Assembly: GCA_040217195.1 (NCBI GenBank)
Contig: JAVJNR010000008.1
Coordinates: 96,001-160,000 of the forward strand
Length of the DNA stretch: 64,000 bases
DNA from: Leptospiraceae bacterium
GTDB lineage: Bacteria; Spirochaetota; Leptospiria; Leptospirales; Leptonemataceae
Reading direction: 5' to 3'
The position numbers were made by a program, and so were the translations under genes. The notes under the pieces are model-generated. The model had not been told where the DNA came from. It did not search any database and saw nothing but the letters and a program-made list of their open reading frames with translations. Positions 18,861-30,189 of the stretch are shown piece by piece (within the stretch, counting starts at the first letter, position 1; every line of letters starts with the position of its first letter).

Positions 18861-19937
18861 TTATGATGCCTTCTTTCTGAAGTCACCAGGGGACATGCCG
18901 GTTTGTTGCTTGAAAGCCTTATTGAACGCTGCCTTGGACTGAAAACCCGCTTCAAAGGCTATGCTGAGAAGTGTATGCTCGCTGTAATCAGGATCCTGAA
19001 GAAGTCTTTTGGCTTCCTCAATGCGATAGCTGTTAATGAAAGCAAAGAAATTCATAGATAACTGGCTGTTAATGACCATTGACAGATGATGGGCAGGAAT
19101 CTTTGTACGACGTGCCAATTGCTTTAACGTTATCCCTTCCTCCAGATAAGGCTTTTGACTGTCCATAAATGATCGAAGCTTCTGCAGATGGTTGCTGGTC
19201 GCCTCGGCCTTCAGGGATTGCTTGGCATACTTGGGTGCCTGTGGCCTGGATGGATCAAGGGACTCCTTTATCGTTATGTGAACGAATGAGTACGCCAGAC
19301 CCAGGGAAGCCACGGCTTCCAGCGGATGAAAGGGCCTGCTCAACAATCCAATGAATGTGCCGAGAACCAGACTCAGAAATGTCAGAACAAATAAAAGCAG
19401 AGTAATGCACTGTATCAGTAGCCTTTTGGTCTGGATGCCCGCAGCCTTCCTCCCACGCAAGAAAGCAATGGTACGCCATAGAAGGGCCACATTAAAAAGC
19501 ACCGCGATGAGAGCAAACGCCGAAGTGTACCTGGAGATAAAGCCTTCATGTCTTAATACTGCATGTGTGGATTGCAGTTCCGGGCTATTGAACAGAAAGA
19601 CGGTATGAATGAAGAGGCTTGCGGTTGCCAGGAACGCCGGAAAGAGAAACCACCTCTGCCCTGGGCCTGGCTCGGTATTCAGTCTGACATGTTGGTGAAA
19701 TAGAGGCGCCGGAAACCACATAGCAGGATAGACGAAGAAAGGTAAATGAACTACCAGAACGGATCGGGAAAAGAACAGATACCGGGACCAGAGGATTGCG
19801 GAAATCACAGCGATGCAATACGCCAGGTATCTTGAATGATTTCGTCTGGTGGGTTCTACGAAGATATAGATGGCCAGTGCCAATGTCACAATGGGCGACA
19901 CGATACTTAAATCTTGCAAGAAAGAACTGTTTTCCAT
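18861..19937 (-). CDS. Membrane-anchored AraC-family transcriptional regulator
   Basis: Several N-terminal TM helices; C-terminal 'FINSYRIEEAK...IAFEAGFQSKAAFNKAFKQQTGMSP'. Confidence 0.9.
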   Translation of the reverse strand: MENSSFLQDLSIVSPIVTLALAIYIFVEPTRRNHSRYLAYCIAVISAILWSRYLFFSRSVLVVHLPFFVYPAMWFPAPLFHQHVRLNTEPGPGQRWFLFPAFLATASLFIHTVFLFNSPELQSTHAVLRHEGFISRYTSAFALIAVLFNVALLWRTIAFLRGRKAAGIQTKRLLIQCITLLLFVLTFLSLVLGTFIGLLSRPFHPLEAVASLGLAYSFVHITIKESLDPSRPQAPKYAKQSLKAEATSNHLQKLRSFMDSQKPYLEEGITLKQLARRTKIPAHHLSMVINSQLSMNFFAFINSYRIEEAKRLLQDPDYSEHTLLSIAFEAGFQSKAAFNKAFKQQTGMSPGDFRKKAS

Positions 19938-20064
19938 CGTGAACCCTTGATCACCAGGAACCGTACCAGGATTCAGGCCACTCCCTGGAAAACAGGACCA
20001 ACCTGTCCGGAACCCGTATCTGTCCGCGAAGACCGATTCTTCCCGAAAGACCAGGCGATCAGCC

Positions 20065-20508
20065 CTACATCAAATAGTTCTTTCCTGATTTGTCCACCAG
20101 AAGTGGATCGCCGCCGGCCGCTCTGAGCTTTTCTGCGATTTCGCCGGTGCCACTGAAGCTCTTGCAAAGATTCAACGGTGTAACCCCATCTCTGTCTCTG
20201 GAATTTGGATTGGCTCCCAGCTTCAGTAAGGAATCCACCAGCTCGTTGCGGCCCAGTTCCACGCAAAGATGCAGAGGACTACGACCCATGGCATCTTTGA
20301 TTTCTGGATCTGGACTCCAGCCGGCTTCCACTAATGCATCCAGCACGGAAATCTTGACCGATTCCTGACAGATTTCCAGAAGCAGCGTGGATGGTAGCTG
20401 TTGCACCAGTTCCGGTTTACTCTGCAGAATTCTGTGTATCTTATCTTCATCGTTGCGAAGGATGGAGCGCTTCAGGTTTCGGATGGAATTAAATGAGAAC
20501 AGCGGCAT
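20065..20508 (-). CDS. Ankyrin-repeat protein
   Basis: 'GRSPLHLC...LLKLGANPNSRDRDGVTPL'. Confidence 0.85.
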   Translation of the reverse strand: MPLFSFNSIRNLKRSILRNDEDKIHRILQSKPELVQQLPSTLLLEICQESVKISVLDALVEAGWSPDPEIKDAMGRSPLHLCVELGRNELVDSLLKLGANPNSRDRDGVTPLNLCKSFSGTGEIAEKLRAAGGDPLLVDKSGKNYLM

Positions 20509-20827
20509 AGTCCAGGTTTCTTTCCCTGACTGAAATGTAATCGATAAAACAAAGAGCCAGCTCGGAAGATGCCCAATCCTGCAGGGACCGGTAAGGCCGC
20601 TTCCACTGGAAATGCAAATCGAGTTGATTCTCCGGGGCCTCTGCGCTTAATTTGAGCCAACATTTCTATTACTGGCTCGAGCGAATGCCAGGACATAACG
20701 CCGGAATTTTCGTTGACCCATAGACCCCCGGAGGCGTTTCTGGCACTTCGGTCGTTCTGTGTACTCAGCTTTCGATCGGCTTTCCGGGGGGAGCCCGAGA
20801 TTTTTGCAGGAGTTTTGAAGGAGGAGT

Positions 20828-21037
20828 ATGATAGGCGTTGTACTGAAGGATGGTGAATCCATCGAATCCGCACTGAAGCGCTTCAAGAGGGAGTGCGTTA
20901 ATGCCGGCATCCAGTCGGAAATCAAAAGAAGAGAATTCTTCGAGAAGCCATCTGAGCTGAGAAAGCGTAAGATTGAGGCTGCTATTCGCAAACGTAGAAG
21001 AAAGCAAGCTATGATGGCTCGCAGAGATCGCGGTTAA
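20828..21037 (+). CDS. rpsU: 30S ribosomal protein S21
   Basis: '[12 protein letters not shown]...[12 protein letters not shown]', strong SD GGAGGAG. Confidence 0.97.
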   Translation: MIGVVLKDGESIESALKRFKRECVNAGIQSEIKRREFFEKPSELRKRKIEAAIRKRRRKQAMMARRDRG

Positions 21038-21060
21038 TTCAAAACGATTCGGAGGGTCCA

Positions 21061-21510
21061 ATGAGCTCCCTGGTTGAACGCATAGAATCTGATCTAAAAA
21101 CGGCCATGAAAAGCCGGGATCAGGAAACTCTGGGCACCCTTCGTTTACTGAAGTCAGATATTCAGTATGAGATGACCAAATCCGGGGCCAAAGAGCTTTC
21201 GGACTCCGATACAGAATCGGTCATCAAAAGGGCAGTGAAAAAGCGCCAGGAATCCATTGTGGATCTGGATAAGGCCGGCCGCACCGATGAGTCGGAGCTG
21301 GAAAACCGGGCCATCGAAAAGCTCAAGTCCTATCTGCCAGAAGAAATGTCCGAAGAGGCCATCGGTGCAATAATCGATGAAGTGGTTTCAGCCAATTCGG
21401 ATGAAAAGAATTTCGGCAAGCTAATGGGGCAGGTCATGGGCCGCCTGAAAGGCAAGAATGCCGATGGCGCTCTGGTTCGTAGCCTTCTTCAGAAAAAAAT
21501 GGAAAATTGA
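21061..21510 (+). CDS. GatB/YqeY domain protein
   Basis: 'IESDLKTAMKSRD...LRLL...GKLMGQVM...ADG'; usual position after rpsU. Confidence 0.92.
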   Translation: MSSLVERIESDLKTAMKSRDQETLGTLRLLKSDIQYEMTKSGAKELSDSDTESVIKRAVKKRQESIVDLDKAGRTDESELENRAIEKLKSYLPEEMSEEAIGAIIDEVVSANSDEKNFGKLMGQVMGRLKGKNADGALVRSLLQKKMEN

Positions 21511-23567
21511 ATTCCCGGGAGCTGAAAGAGAGGATAAGATCCTCTTTGCCCATCGAAACCTATATTGGCCGTTTTGTTACGCTCAAACGATATAATCGAT
21601 CTTATAAAGGGCTCTGTCCCTTCCACCGAGAGAAAACTCCTTCATTCACTGTTACTCCCGAAAAAGGTATCTACCATTGCTTCGGATGCGGTCGGGGCGG
21701 CGATCTATTCGCTTTCGCCATGGAATACGAAGGCGTGGATTTTCGCGAGGCCATGGAAATCCTTGCCCGGGCTGCAGGAATCGACATTAGCAAGTTCCAG
21801 AAGAATGAAAAGAAAGATCCAGCTTACGATTTATTGATGCGCACTGCCAGACTATACAACGAATATTTGACCGGTCCCAGCGGTGAAGCTTACCTGAAAT
21901 ATCTAAAGGGTAGAAAGATTGGCGATGAAGCCATCTCCCGATTTCAAATCGGAGCCAGTCCTGATCAGTGGCAATTCCTGCTGGAAAGGTTTCCGGACGA
22001 ACTTCAGACTCTGGAACGAATCTCCCTGGCCAGAAAGTCCGAGAAATCTGGTAAGCATTTTGATTTCTTCCGCGGGCGAATCATGTTTCCCATTCGAGAT
22101 GCCAGCGGTCAGGTAGTTGGATTTGGCGGTCGCGTACTTCCTGGAAGCGATAATCCGGCCAAGTATATGAACAGCCCGGAATCTTCCGTGTATCAAAAAA
22201 GCAAAGTTCTCTACGGTCTGTTCGAGAACATGGCTGCCATTCGAAAAAGCAGATCTGCAATTGTGACTGAAGGCTATCTGGATGTAGTTGGTCTTTCTGA
22301 GGCAGGAGTAGAAACTGCGGTGGCTCCTCTGGGCACAGCATTGACTCCTGATCATATTCAGCAATTGAAGCGATACGCAGATCATGTAACTCTTATGCTG
22401 GATGGTGATGCGGCCGGGCGACAGGCCGCCAGAAAGGGTGCCAACCTTCTCATCGGCCAGGGGCTACAATCTACCAGGATGTTCTTTTTGCCTACTGGAA
22501 TGGATCCATTTGATCTGTCCCGAAAATACGATGGCCGTACCATCCAGGATTTTCTGGAATCCTCTATTTCCAGCGATAGCTATTTAATATTCTATACTTT
22601 GTTTCCAGACTTACTGGGAAGGGCCTTTCAAAAAGGGGATCCAGAACAACCTGTAGCACTGACCAGAAGTATTCGAAATCTTATCCATGATCTAAACTTT
22701 GATGAACCGCCAGGGCTGGAAGAAAAGAAGGCCGCGGTGGATCGGTTCCAAAAACTCTATGGAGAAATCCAGGATTCCATCATTCGGGAATTCTATGCTC
22801 AGGAAGCAGCTCGTATTCTCTCTATTGAAGTGGGGGGATTGATCGAGCAATTGAAACAGCGCACTGCTGCCCCCAATCCTACCACTCATCGGACGGAAAA
22901 TAGACCATCCGGTCCCACACAAGCCCGAAGCGCCGGTGTGGGAATTATGCGTCCAGGCGGAAACTCGGAAGGAAATTCTGCGGAGGGAACCGGCCATCGG
23001 CCTGCCTCTGGCGGCAGCTCCTCCGAAAGCAGTCCGGAGTTGCGCAAGAATAGGGAGCAGCTAATTCGATGCGAGCGTTCCGTTCTGGTCAAGTTATTGT
23101 CCTCTCCCGGTCTTCTGTCAGGACATTTACAGGAACTGCGAGAGCTGGATTTTGAGGACACAGATTCCGAAATACTATGGAGAGTACTTGAGGACAGATT
23201 TCTCAGCGGAGAAGGATGGGATTCCGATGTTTTGATCCATTCCAACCTTCCCAATCGAGTGATGCAATCCTTTAGCGGACTACTGGCATCAGATGATACA
23301 CATAATCAGGAAGAAGAGGGTTCGGAAGTCACATTCAATGAGCTATTGCTGCACCATCGGATTCTGCGCTCCAAAAAGAAGATGTCAGAAATCCGGGGGG
23401 AAATGGTAGTGGCCGATGAGGTCGAACAGTCCTACCTTTGGGAGAGGTACTCTGCCCTTTTGAAAGAGACGAAAACCCTGGAATTCCAGCTGCGGAGCCA
23501 ATCCGCACAAAATCCTAAAAATACCACCCGAAAGGGTGATTCGGGCCCTTTAGAGGTCGAAAATTAA
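21507..23567 (+). CDS. dnaG: DNA primase
   Basis: Zn finger 'CPFHREKTPSF...CFGC', 'KYMNSPES', TOPRIM 'EGYLDV', 'DGDAAG'. Confidence 0.96.
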   Translation: MNSRELKERIRSSLPIETYIGRFVTLKRYNRSYKGLCPFHREKTPSFTVTPEKGIYHCFGCGRGGDLFAFAMEYEGVDFREAMEILARAAGIDISKFQKNEKKDPAYDLLMRTARLYNEYLTGPSGEAYLKYLKGRKIGDEAISRFQIGASPDQWQFLLERFPDELQTLERISLARKSEKSGKHFDFFRGRIMFPIRDASGQVVGFGGRVLPGSDNPAKYMNSPESSVYQKSKVLYGLFENMAAIRKSRSAIVTEGYLDVVGLSEAGVETAVAPLGTALTPDHIQQLKRYADHVTLMLDGDAAGRQAARKGANLLIGQGLQSTRMFFLPTGMDPFDLSRKYDGRTIQDFLESSISSDSYLIFYTLFPDLLGRAFQKGDPEQPVALTRSIRNLIHDLNFDEPPGLEEKKAAVDRFQKLYGEIQDSIIREFYAQEAARILSIEVGGLIEQLKQRTAAPNPTTHRTENRPSGPTQARSAGVGIMRPGGNSEGNSAEGTGHRPASGGSSSESSPELRKNREQLIRCERSVLVKLLSSPGLLSGHLQELRELDFEDTDSEILWRVLEDRFLSGEGWDSDVLIHSNLPNRVMQSFSGLLASDDTHNQEEEGSEVTFNELLLHHRILRSKKKMSEIRGEMVVADEVEQSYLWERYSALLKETKTLEFQLRSQSAQNPKNTTRKGDSGPLEVEN

Positions 23568-23585
23568 GTTCTGGAGAACCTGCGT

Positions 23586-25379
23586 ATGGCAATCGAAGAT
23601 CTTCCCGAAATACAGAAGATTATTTCCATTGGTAAAGCTAATGGAGAAATTACCTACGACGAGATCAACGAGTACCTACCCGAAAAGATCGTCAATTCCG
23701 AGCGTATTGAAGATGTATTCACACTACTCAACCAGCTCGGAATCGAAGTCGTAGAAGAATACTCCAGCCGCATGGAAGATGATGTGGCTGTGGGAGCCCC
23801 TGTGGTCAGAGAGGCCCCGGTTCCTGCTCAGGCAGCCAACGGGTCAGCGCCGGCGCCCAAGCCTGCCCGAAAAAAGAAAGAAAGTAGCAGCTCTTCCAGC
23901 GATGATCCCATCCGTCTGTACCTTAAAGAAATAGGTAAAGTATCCCTTATCTCCGGAGATAAGGAAGTCTTTCTTGCTCGCAGGATAGAAAACGGTGAAA
24001 AAATCATCGAAGAAACAATTCTGGGATCTTCGTTACTACGTGCCAATTTCGTAAAGCTAACGCCCAAGATTAGATCTAGAAAAATCAAGATCTCGGATGT
24101 TATTTTCGCAAACAAGGCGTACTATTTAAGTCAGGATGAACTGGAGAAACTGGAAAAGCTTTTCTTCGAGCAGATGGAAATCATCAATCGAGAAGAGAAG
24201 AAATACCAGGAAGCTCAGACCAGACTGAAGAAGTACACCGATGGTTCCAAGAAATGGCGTGAATACAAACAGAAAGTAGATGAGTCCAAAGCAATCATCG
24301 ATGAAGCTGTACGCAAGCTTGGAGTATCCCAGAAAGAGATTCAGCGAATCTCTCAGAAGATCAAGTCCATGGTCTTTCGCATCAAGGAAATCCAGCGACA
24401 TTTCCTTGCTATAAAAGCTAGATACGGAAAGGACATAAAAGAGATCAAGGGCTTCAATCGCTTCATTGAAAAGAATGAAGAGCTGGATATGATCGAACAG
24501 GAGATGGGAGTACCCATCGATGAAGTTCGAGAAGTTATTAAAGATATTCGAAACAACGAAAGAAAGCTCCGCCGTATGGAGCAGGATGCCGGATCTTCCA
24601 TTCAGGAAATACTGCAATGGGGCGAATCTCTGACCAAAGGTGAGCGTGAAATTGCCCAGGCCAAAAAGGAACTGATCAAAGCCAACCTTCGTCTGGTAGT
24701 ATCAATTGCAAAAAGATATGCAAACCGTGGTATGCAGTTCTTTGATCTGATCCAGGAAGGAAACATTGGTCTTATCAAAGCCGTAGATAAATTCGAATAC
24801 AAGAAAGGCTATAAGTTCTCCACATATGCAACCTGGTGGATTCGTCAGGCCATCACTCGTGCCATTTCGGATCAGGCTCGCACAATTCGAATCCCTGTAC
24901 ACATGATCGAGCAGATCAATAAAGTGGTAAGGGAAACCAGGATGTTTCTGCAGGAAACCGGCAGGGAACCTACAAACGATGAAATTGCAGAGCGTCTGGG
25001 CTGGCCCGTACAACGCGTGAAAGCGGTTAAAGGCGTGGCCAAAGAGCCGATTAGCCTTGAAGTGCCTGTGGGCTCCGAAGAAGATTCAGAGCTGGGAGAT
25101 TTTATTCCAGATACAGAGGTGGAAAGCCCAATGAATCAAACGGCCAATCGTCTACTGGCCGAACAGATTCGAAGTGTGCTTAATACTCTGCCTGCCAGGG
25201 AGCAGAAAGTACTTCGCATGCGTTTTGGTCTGGACGATGGATATTCGCATACTCTGGAAGAAGTTGGATATGTATTCCAGGTAACCAGGGAGCGGATTCG
25301 TCAGATTGAAGCCAAAGCATTGCGTCGGCTTCGTCATCCTTCCAGAAGCAAGAAACTCAAGGATTATATAGATTCCTGA
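23586..25379 (+). CDS. rpoD: Primary sigma factor sigma-70
   Basis: Region 1.1, '[11 protein letters not shown]', '[10 protein letters not shown]', '[17 protein letters not shown]', 'TLEEVG...[10 protein letters not shown]'. Confidence 0.98.
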   Translation: MAIEDLPEIQKIISIGKANGEITYDEINEYLPEKIVNSERIEDVFTLLNQLGIEVVEEYSSRMEDDVAVGAPVVREAPVPAQAANGSAPAPKPARKKKESSSSSSDDPIRLYLKEIGKVSLISGDKEVFLARRIENGEKIIEETILGSSLLRANFVKLTPKIRSRKIKISDVIFANKAYYLSQDELEKLEKLFFEQMEIINREEKKYQEAQTRLKKYTDGSKKWREYKQKVDESKAIIDEAVRKLGVSQKEIQRISQKIKSMVFRIKEIQRHFLAIKARYGKDIKEIKGFNRFIEKNEELDMIEQEMGVPIDEVREVIKDIRNNERKLRRMEQDAGSSIQEILQWGESLTKGEREIAQAKKELIKANLRLVVSIAKRYANRGMQFFDLIQEGNIGLIKAVDKFEYKKGYKFSTYATWWIRQAITRAISDQARTIRIPVHMIEQINKVVRETRMFLQETGREPTNDEIAERLGWPVQRVKAVKGVAKEPISLEVPVGSEEDSELGDFIPDTEVESPMNQTANRLLAEQIRSVLNTLPAREQKVLRMRFGLDDGYSHTLEEVGYVFQVTRERIRQIEAKALRRLRHPSRSKKLKDYIDS

Positions 25380-25903
25380 GTTGGCTGAGTTCTGGCCCGA
25401 ATCCTCTTTAGATAGAGCCATAGATCCACCCTCCATCCTTCATCGGTTAGCTGAAGTGGCAGGGTGGGTATTTCATTGGAAAGAAAGCTACATTCTGCCA
25501 GCTGGGCTTCGATTTTGCAGCTCATATTGGATGTATGCTGCCTGAGCTTCGTTTTTAGATCGTTTGTATCTGCTTTTTCGGACTGACTGGCTGCTTCTTC
25601 TCCATGGCTTATTAATTTCATGACAACAGTCAGAATAATGGTGCTGGAATCGGTTACGTATTTTTTTGCTTTTTCGGAATCATTGGTTAGTAGTCCATCC
25701 ATCAATCGATTGGCCACTTCTTCAGGCGGCAGTCCATCTTTCTGGGCTTTATCGCACTGAGCAGAAACAAGAAGTAGCCCGAGACATAAAAGGCAGATCA
25801 GCCTGCTTCGTGGAAGTGGAAATCCTGATGCAGCCAGTCCAGTTGGCCTGGTAGTAGGCGCGGGCTTCAGTGATTTAAGTAGGGAGAAAGAATTCTGTGT
25901 CAT
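25364..25903 (-). CDS. Hypothetical lipoprotein, possibly NTF2-like
   Basis: GAGG before ATG 25903; lipobox-like 'LVSAQC'; '[12 protein letters not shown]...EGWRVDL'. Confidence 0.55.
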   Translation of the reverse strand: MTQNSFSLLKSLKPAPTTRPTGLAASGFPLPRSRLICLLCLGLLLVSAQCDKAQKDGLPPEEVANRLMDGLLTNDSEKAKKYVTDSSTIILTVVMKLISHGEEAASQSEKADTNDLKTKLRQHTSNMSCKIEAQLAECSFLSNEIPTLPLQLTDEGWRVDLWLYLKRIRARTQPTQESI

Positions 25904-26267
25904 AGGATTGCCTCGGAAGGAATTTTGAGAGTTGAACCATAACCCATTGTGGGGCTCTATGGCAGTCATTGCAATGGCCGGTCCTGCAGGCAGGCAACCG
26001 ATTTTTATTACGGCAGACGTGGCACATTCTGCTACGTGGTGGAATGGAAATTCGGGGCCGGAACGTCCAGGTTTCATTCGGCGAATCAATCCCCTGGCAG
26101 AGAGGTTTATCCTTCACTCGATGAATCAATCTCCTGGCAGAAACGTTTCTCTTTTACTCTGTGAATAATTTCCGGGTATGCTGGTTTCTTTTAAGGATCC
26201 AGTGCCAATTCTGTAGCAAATCCGACGCAACCTGATGGAGCACTGAGCCCAATTTGAGCCATATCAA

Positions 26268-27587
26268 TCAGCTAGAAAGGGTTGTCTCTGTAGCGCTCTG
26301 GGGCGATTCTGAAGAGTCATTCCATCCATAACAGATCACAGTACCTTTGCGACCTTTTAAAGTGAGCTCCTCCAGAGGACGCAGAACATGATCTGATTCT
26401 TTGAGTCCACGCTTTACTTCTTCGCTTAAAATGATGGGAGATTCCAGATGTCTGGTCATGCTTTCCAGCCTGGCCGCAATATTGACTGCATCTCCAATAA
26501 TCGTAAAATCTCTTCTCTTTTCGCTACCTATACTTCCCAGAACTACAGTGCCATGATGCAATCCGGTTCCTGACTGGAGCTCTATATTTTCAGTCTTGAG
26601 CAATTGAGCATTGAGTAGTTTAAGCTCAACTCGCATTCTACGAGCGGCCCGCATTGCATTGGCCCTGGGATTTTCCAGAGGTACCGGAGCGCCAAAGTAG
26701 GCCATGATGGCATCTCCAATGAATTTATCTACCACACCTCCTTCTTCCTGAATAATTCGCACCATTCGATCGAAGTATTGATTTAGAATCTGTACCACCC
26801 GGCGCGGAGTCATTTCCTCCGATAGAGTCGTGAAATCACGTAGATCAGAAAAGAGCACGGTCACCTCTTTCTCTTCGCCTTCCATGGATAGCCCCTGATC
26901 CAGCAATCGATCCTTGATCTCTTCGGAAACATAGGCACCCAGGATCCTGGTAACGAATTCTCGATCCTTAATAGAAGCTACCACTCGATGCACCAGCTTC
27001 TTCGCCTCATCTCCAGCCTTTCCAGCAATGGAACCTGCCAGTACAATGTACAATGTCATTTCAGCCATGTTGGGCACATCCGGCCGAGCATAGGCTCCTG
27101 GACCAAAACAAATCCCCAGATAAACCAGGGCCGAAAGAATTCCTGCTGTAAGTCCAAGAGGCAGAGAGAATCCAAATACTGTGGTGCCCACCATCAATAT
27201 CTGCAGCATGGGTATGCTACTTGTGAGAAAGCTTCCCAGTACTTCTGGCTGAGTTTCCAGAGTGATCCATACGAGAAAAAGAGGGCAGAAAATGGGATAG
27301 GCCAGGCCCACAGCCTGAAGAGTCCTGGCGGTTATCTGACCTGGTTTACATCGTTTTAGAATGGTCCAGTCCAGAATATTAAAGAAGAAGGTAACTGCAA
27401 GAAATAGCATCAATCCCAGCAAGAAATCCTGCGGGATGTCATTGAAGTAATGAAAGATCAAAGTCAGTACAGCAAAGAGTGGTATGGCAATCATCCATAG
27501 CTTGAGTACCCGGAGGACACCTGAATAGATGGCCCGATCCAGTTCTGGATGTATTTCCGGTAGATAAGTCTTTAGCCAATCCTGCAT
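26268..27587 (-). CDS. Membrane class III adenylate cyclase
   Basis: 'LFSDLRDFT', 'DKFIGDAIMA', 'FTIIGDAVNIAARLE' (Lys/Thr specificity residues suggest ATP); several TM helices. Confidence 0.92.
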   Translation of the reverse strand: MQDWLKTYLPEIHPELDRAIYSGVLRVLKLWMIAIPLFAVLTLIFHYFNDIPQDFLLGLMLFLAVTFFFNILDWTILKRCKPGQITARTLQAVGLAYPIFCPLFLVWITLETQPEVLGSFLTSSIPMLQILMVGTTVFGFSLPLGLTAGILSALVYLGICFGPGAYARPDVPNMAEMTLYIVLAGSIAGKAGDEAKKLVHRVVASIKDREFVTRILGAYVSEEIKDRLLDQGLSMEGEEKEVTVLFSDLRDFTTLSEEMTPRRVVQILNQYFDRMVRIIQEEGGVVDKFIGDAIMAYFGAPVPLENPRANAMRAARRMRVELKLLNAQLLKTENIELQSGTGLHHGTVVLGSIGSEKRRDFTIIGDAVNIAARLESMTRHLESPIILSEEVKRGLKESDHVLRPLEELTLKGRKGTVICYGWNDSSESPQSATETTLSS

Positions 27588-27668
27588 ACAGTTCCCTGGA
27601 ATCTGTGCTGCACTTTTCAACTGAAAAAGAGGTAATCTGTCTTTTTTCCTGTCGGTGGGAATGGCCTT

Positions 27669-28937
27669 TCAATGCCATTTGTAGATCTTTAGTCCCAGGG
27701 AGGCTGCCAGAACTCCGGTGACAGCAAGTACCAGAGCCGGAAGAAGAACTTCAGTAAATCCAGCACCCTCTATGAAAAGTGCACGGGCTGAATCAGCCAG
27801 AACTGTAAGAGGTAACCACTGGATGAATTCCTGACTCCATTCCGGGAAATTTCGATAGCTAAAAAATATTCCAGAAAGCATGGTAAGCGGCAAGGTAACT
27901 GCATTTACGATTCCGTTGGCAGCATGCATGCTTCGACCTCGACTGGAACACAGTATTCCAATTCCACTCCAGGCCAGAGTACCGGTAAGAAAAATTAAAA
28001 TCAATCCGGGCAGAGATCCCTGCACAGATACATCGAATAGGAAGTGAGCGAAAGTAAATAGAATCAAAGCTTCTGAAAGCGTGAAAGCCATTCTGGCCAC
28101 AAAGTGCGAAGCCAGAAAGGCCGATTTATGCATTGGACTGGCTGCCATTCTTCGCAGTAGCTTCTTAACTCTAAGATCGATCAGTCCGTAGCCCACGCCC
28201 CACATACAGGAATTCATGATTCCCAGAGCCAGCAGTCCAGGTATTAAGAAGTCAATGTAGCGTCCACCTACCTGATCCAACGCCACCGATTTCATTGGAT
28301 TTGCATTCTTTAAATTCGGATCCATTACCAGTTGATTCAATGCCTGTTGAAGTGCCAGAACAGAAATTCGGGCCTCCGGGTTGTTGGGATCATAGTGAGC
28401 CTGAACCGGCTGATTCATTGCATTTTGATCGTATTGAATCGACGGTGATTTTGATTCATTATCAGACTCGATTACATTGCTGTGGTTGCTCGATCGATTC
28501 GAAGATTGAATTGAGATGAATTTCTCGCTATTTTCAAGAACTGTATTCAGAGGCTGATCGACTCTGGCATATAGCTGAATCTCGCCTCGTTTAAGGGCAA
28601 GCAGAGCTTCCTGTTCTGTGCGAATACTGATCTGTAATTCCCCTGCAGCCCCGGCACTCTGTCTGGAAGCCTGCTCAAGAAACAGTTTCCATTCTTTAAG
28701 CTCATCGGTTTGCAATCTGGATAAATCTGTATTCTGGCTGTGCGCAGTATCCTGAACCGAGACCGGGCCAACCAGAGCTATTGCGATTTCTGGAGGCTTG
28801 CCCTGGAAGGCCACTCCCAGCACACCTGCAATTCCAGCAGGAAATACCAGGGCCCAGAAGATAATGGCTGGCTCCCTGAAGTATCCATAGAAGTTCACTG
28901 CAGTAAGGGTTCTGAGTTGTAATAACCATTCTTTCAT
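27669..28937 (-). CDS. ABC-2 type exporter permease
   Basis: 'YIDFLIPGLLALGIM...LRRMAASP...LSGIFF...PLT'. Confidence 0.9.
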   Translation of the reverse strand: MKEWLLQLRTLTAVNFYGYFREPAIIFWALVFPAGIAGVLGVAFQGKPPEIAIALVGPVSVQDTAHSQNTDLSRLQTDELKEWKLFLEQASRQSAGAAGELQISIRTEQEALLALKRGEIQLYARVDQPLNTVLENSEKFISIQSSNRSSNHSNVIESDNESKSPSIQYDQNAMNQPVQAHYDPNNPEARISVLALQQALNQLVMDPNLKNANPMKSVALDQVGGRYIDFLIPGLLALGIMNSCMWGVGYGLIDLRVKKLLRRMAASPMHKSAFLASHFVARMAFTLSEALILFTFAHFLFDVSVQGSLPGLILIFLTGTLAWSGIGILCSSRGRSMHAANGIVNAVTLPLTMLSGIFFSYRNFPEWSQEFIQWLPLTVLADSARALFIEGAGFTEVLLPALVLAVTGVLAASLGLKIYKWH

Positions 28938-29046
28938 ATATGCTTCGCTTTCTTCTGATCTTTTCAGGAATTCGTGCAGATCTTTCCATCTGGATTTTTG
29001 GATTTCACTGTTTCATCCGGCCTGATGAATGTTCTTTGATTTCGAT

Positions 29047-29997
29047 TCAACCGGGCACTGTAGTGGCATCCAGATGACGACCGGTCATGATTGTGAATAG
29101 ATCATCCAGGTTCATTCGTCGACAAACCAGCTCTTTTAGATGCCAGGAGTCCGGTCCCATCTTTTCCATCAGAAATGCCAGAGCAGGGCGAACATCTGAG
29201 ACGATGATTCGAAGTCTGCTCTGTCCAGGTCTTTCCAGGCGAATAAATCCAGGAATAGATTTCCATTCCTGCTCCAGATCCGGGCCTGCCAGCTTTTCAG
29301 GCTCCATAGCAAATTCCAGGATATCGCCTCCTCCCTGATCGCGCAGCAGGTCATTTAGACTTCCAGAAGCCAGGAATCGTCCGCGATCCATTATGGTAAT
29401 TCTTTCGCAGAGATTTTCTGCCTCTTCCATGTAATGTGTGGTAAGGATCATGGTCACTCCACGACTTTTTAAATCCTGAAGTATGGCCCAGACATCCCGT
29501 CTTGCATTGGGGTCCAGACCGGTGGTGGGTTCATCCAGAAGCAGAAGGGTGGGCTCATTGAGTAATGCCACTCCCAGGGCCAGTCGCTGTCTCTGACCAC
29601 CGGATAATCCCATGGTGTATGTATTTCTCTTATCTTTCAGTCGAATGATTCCCAGGATTTCTTCTATTCGATTTCTTGCCTGGTAGAATGTTCCAAACAT
29701 TCGCAGTGTTTCTTCCACCGTGAGTCTATCATAGAAACGAGTTTCCTGGAGGGCCACACCGATCTTCTGTCTAATCTGCTTTTCCTGTTCGGACCATAGC
29801 ATTCCCAGAATTTCAATGCTTCCTGAATCCGGATCCTGAATTCCTTCAATCATCTCTATGAGAGTTGTCTTTCCGGCCCCGTTGGGACCCAGAAGGGCCA
29901 GAAATTCCCCGGGCTCAATGGTTAGATCCACGTTATCCACTGCAATCAGGGAACCGAATCGCTTGCTTACTCCGGTGGCTTTTAGAACAGGCTGCAA
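29047..29997 (-). CDS. ABC exporter ATP-binding protein
   Basis: GPNGAGKT, LSGGQRQR, LLLDEPTTGLD; GAGGA before TTG. Confidence 0.95.
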   Translation of the reverse strand: MQPVLKATGVSKRFGSLIAVDNVDLTIEPGEFLALLGPNGAGKTTLIEMIEGIQDPDSGSIEILGMLWSEQEKQIRQKIGVALQETRFYDRLTVEETLRMFGTFYQARNRIEEILGIIRLKDKRNTYTMGLSGGQRQRLALGVALLNEPTLLLLDEPTTGLDPNARRDVWAILQDLKSRGVTMILTTHYMEEAENLCERITIMDRGRFLASGSLNDLLRDQGGGDILEFAMEPEKLAGPDLEQEWKSIPGFIRLERPGQSRLRIIVSDVRPALAFLMEKMGPDSWHLKELVCRRMNLDDLFTIMTGRHLDATTVPG

Positions 29998-30189
29998 ACT
30001 AGTATCCTCGTGCTGAGTTATTTATCGGATGACTCGCAGCTGGTCCGTCGGCGAGCGCCCATTGGAGGTTCTACTTTCCGGTGGAATGCTGCTTCTACCG
30101 GGCCTCGGTTCGTCTGCACTGAACCACTGAACGAATCATGATTTGTAAAGGCGAAGATACATAATGCATCTTCGCCGGATTCCGGAGGA

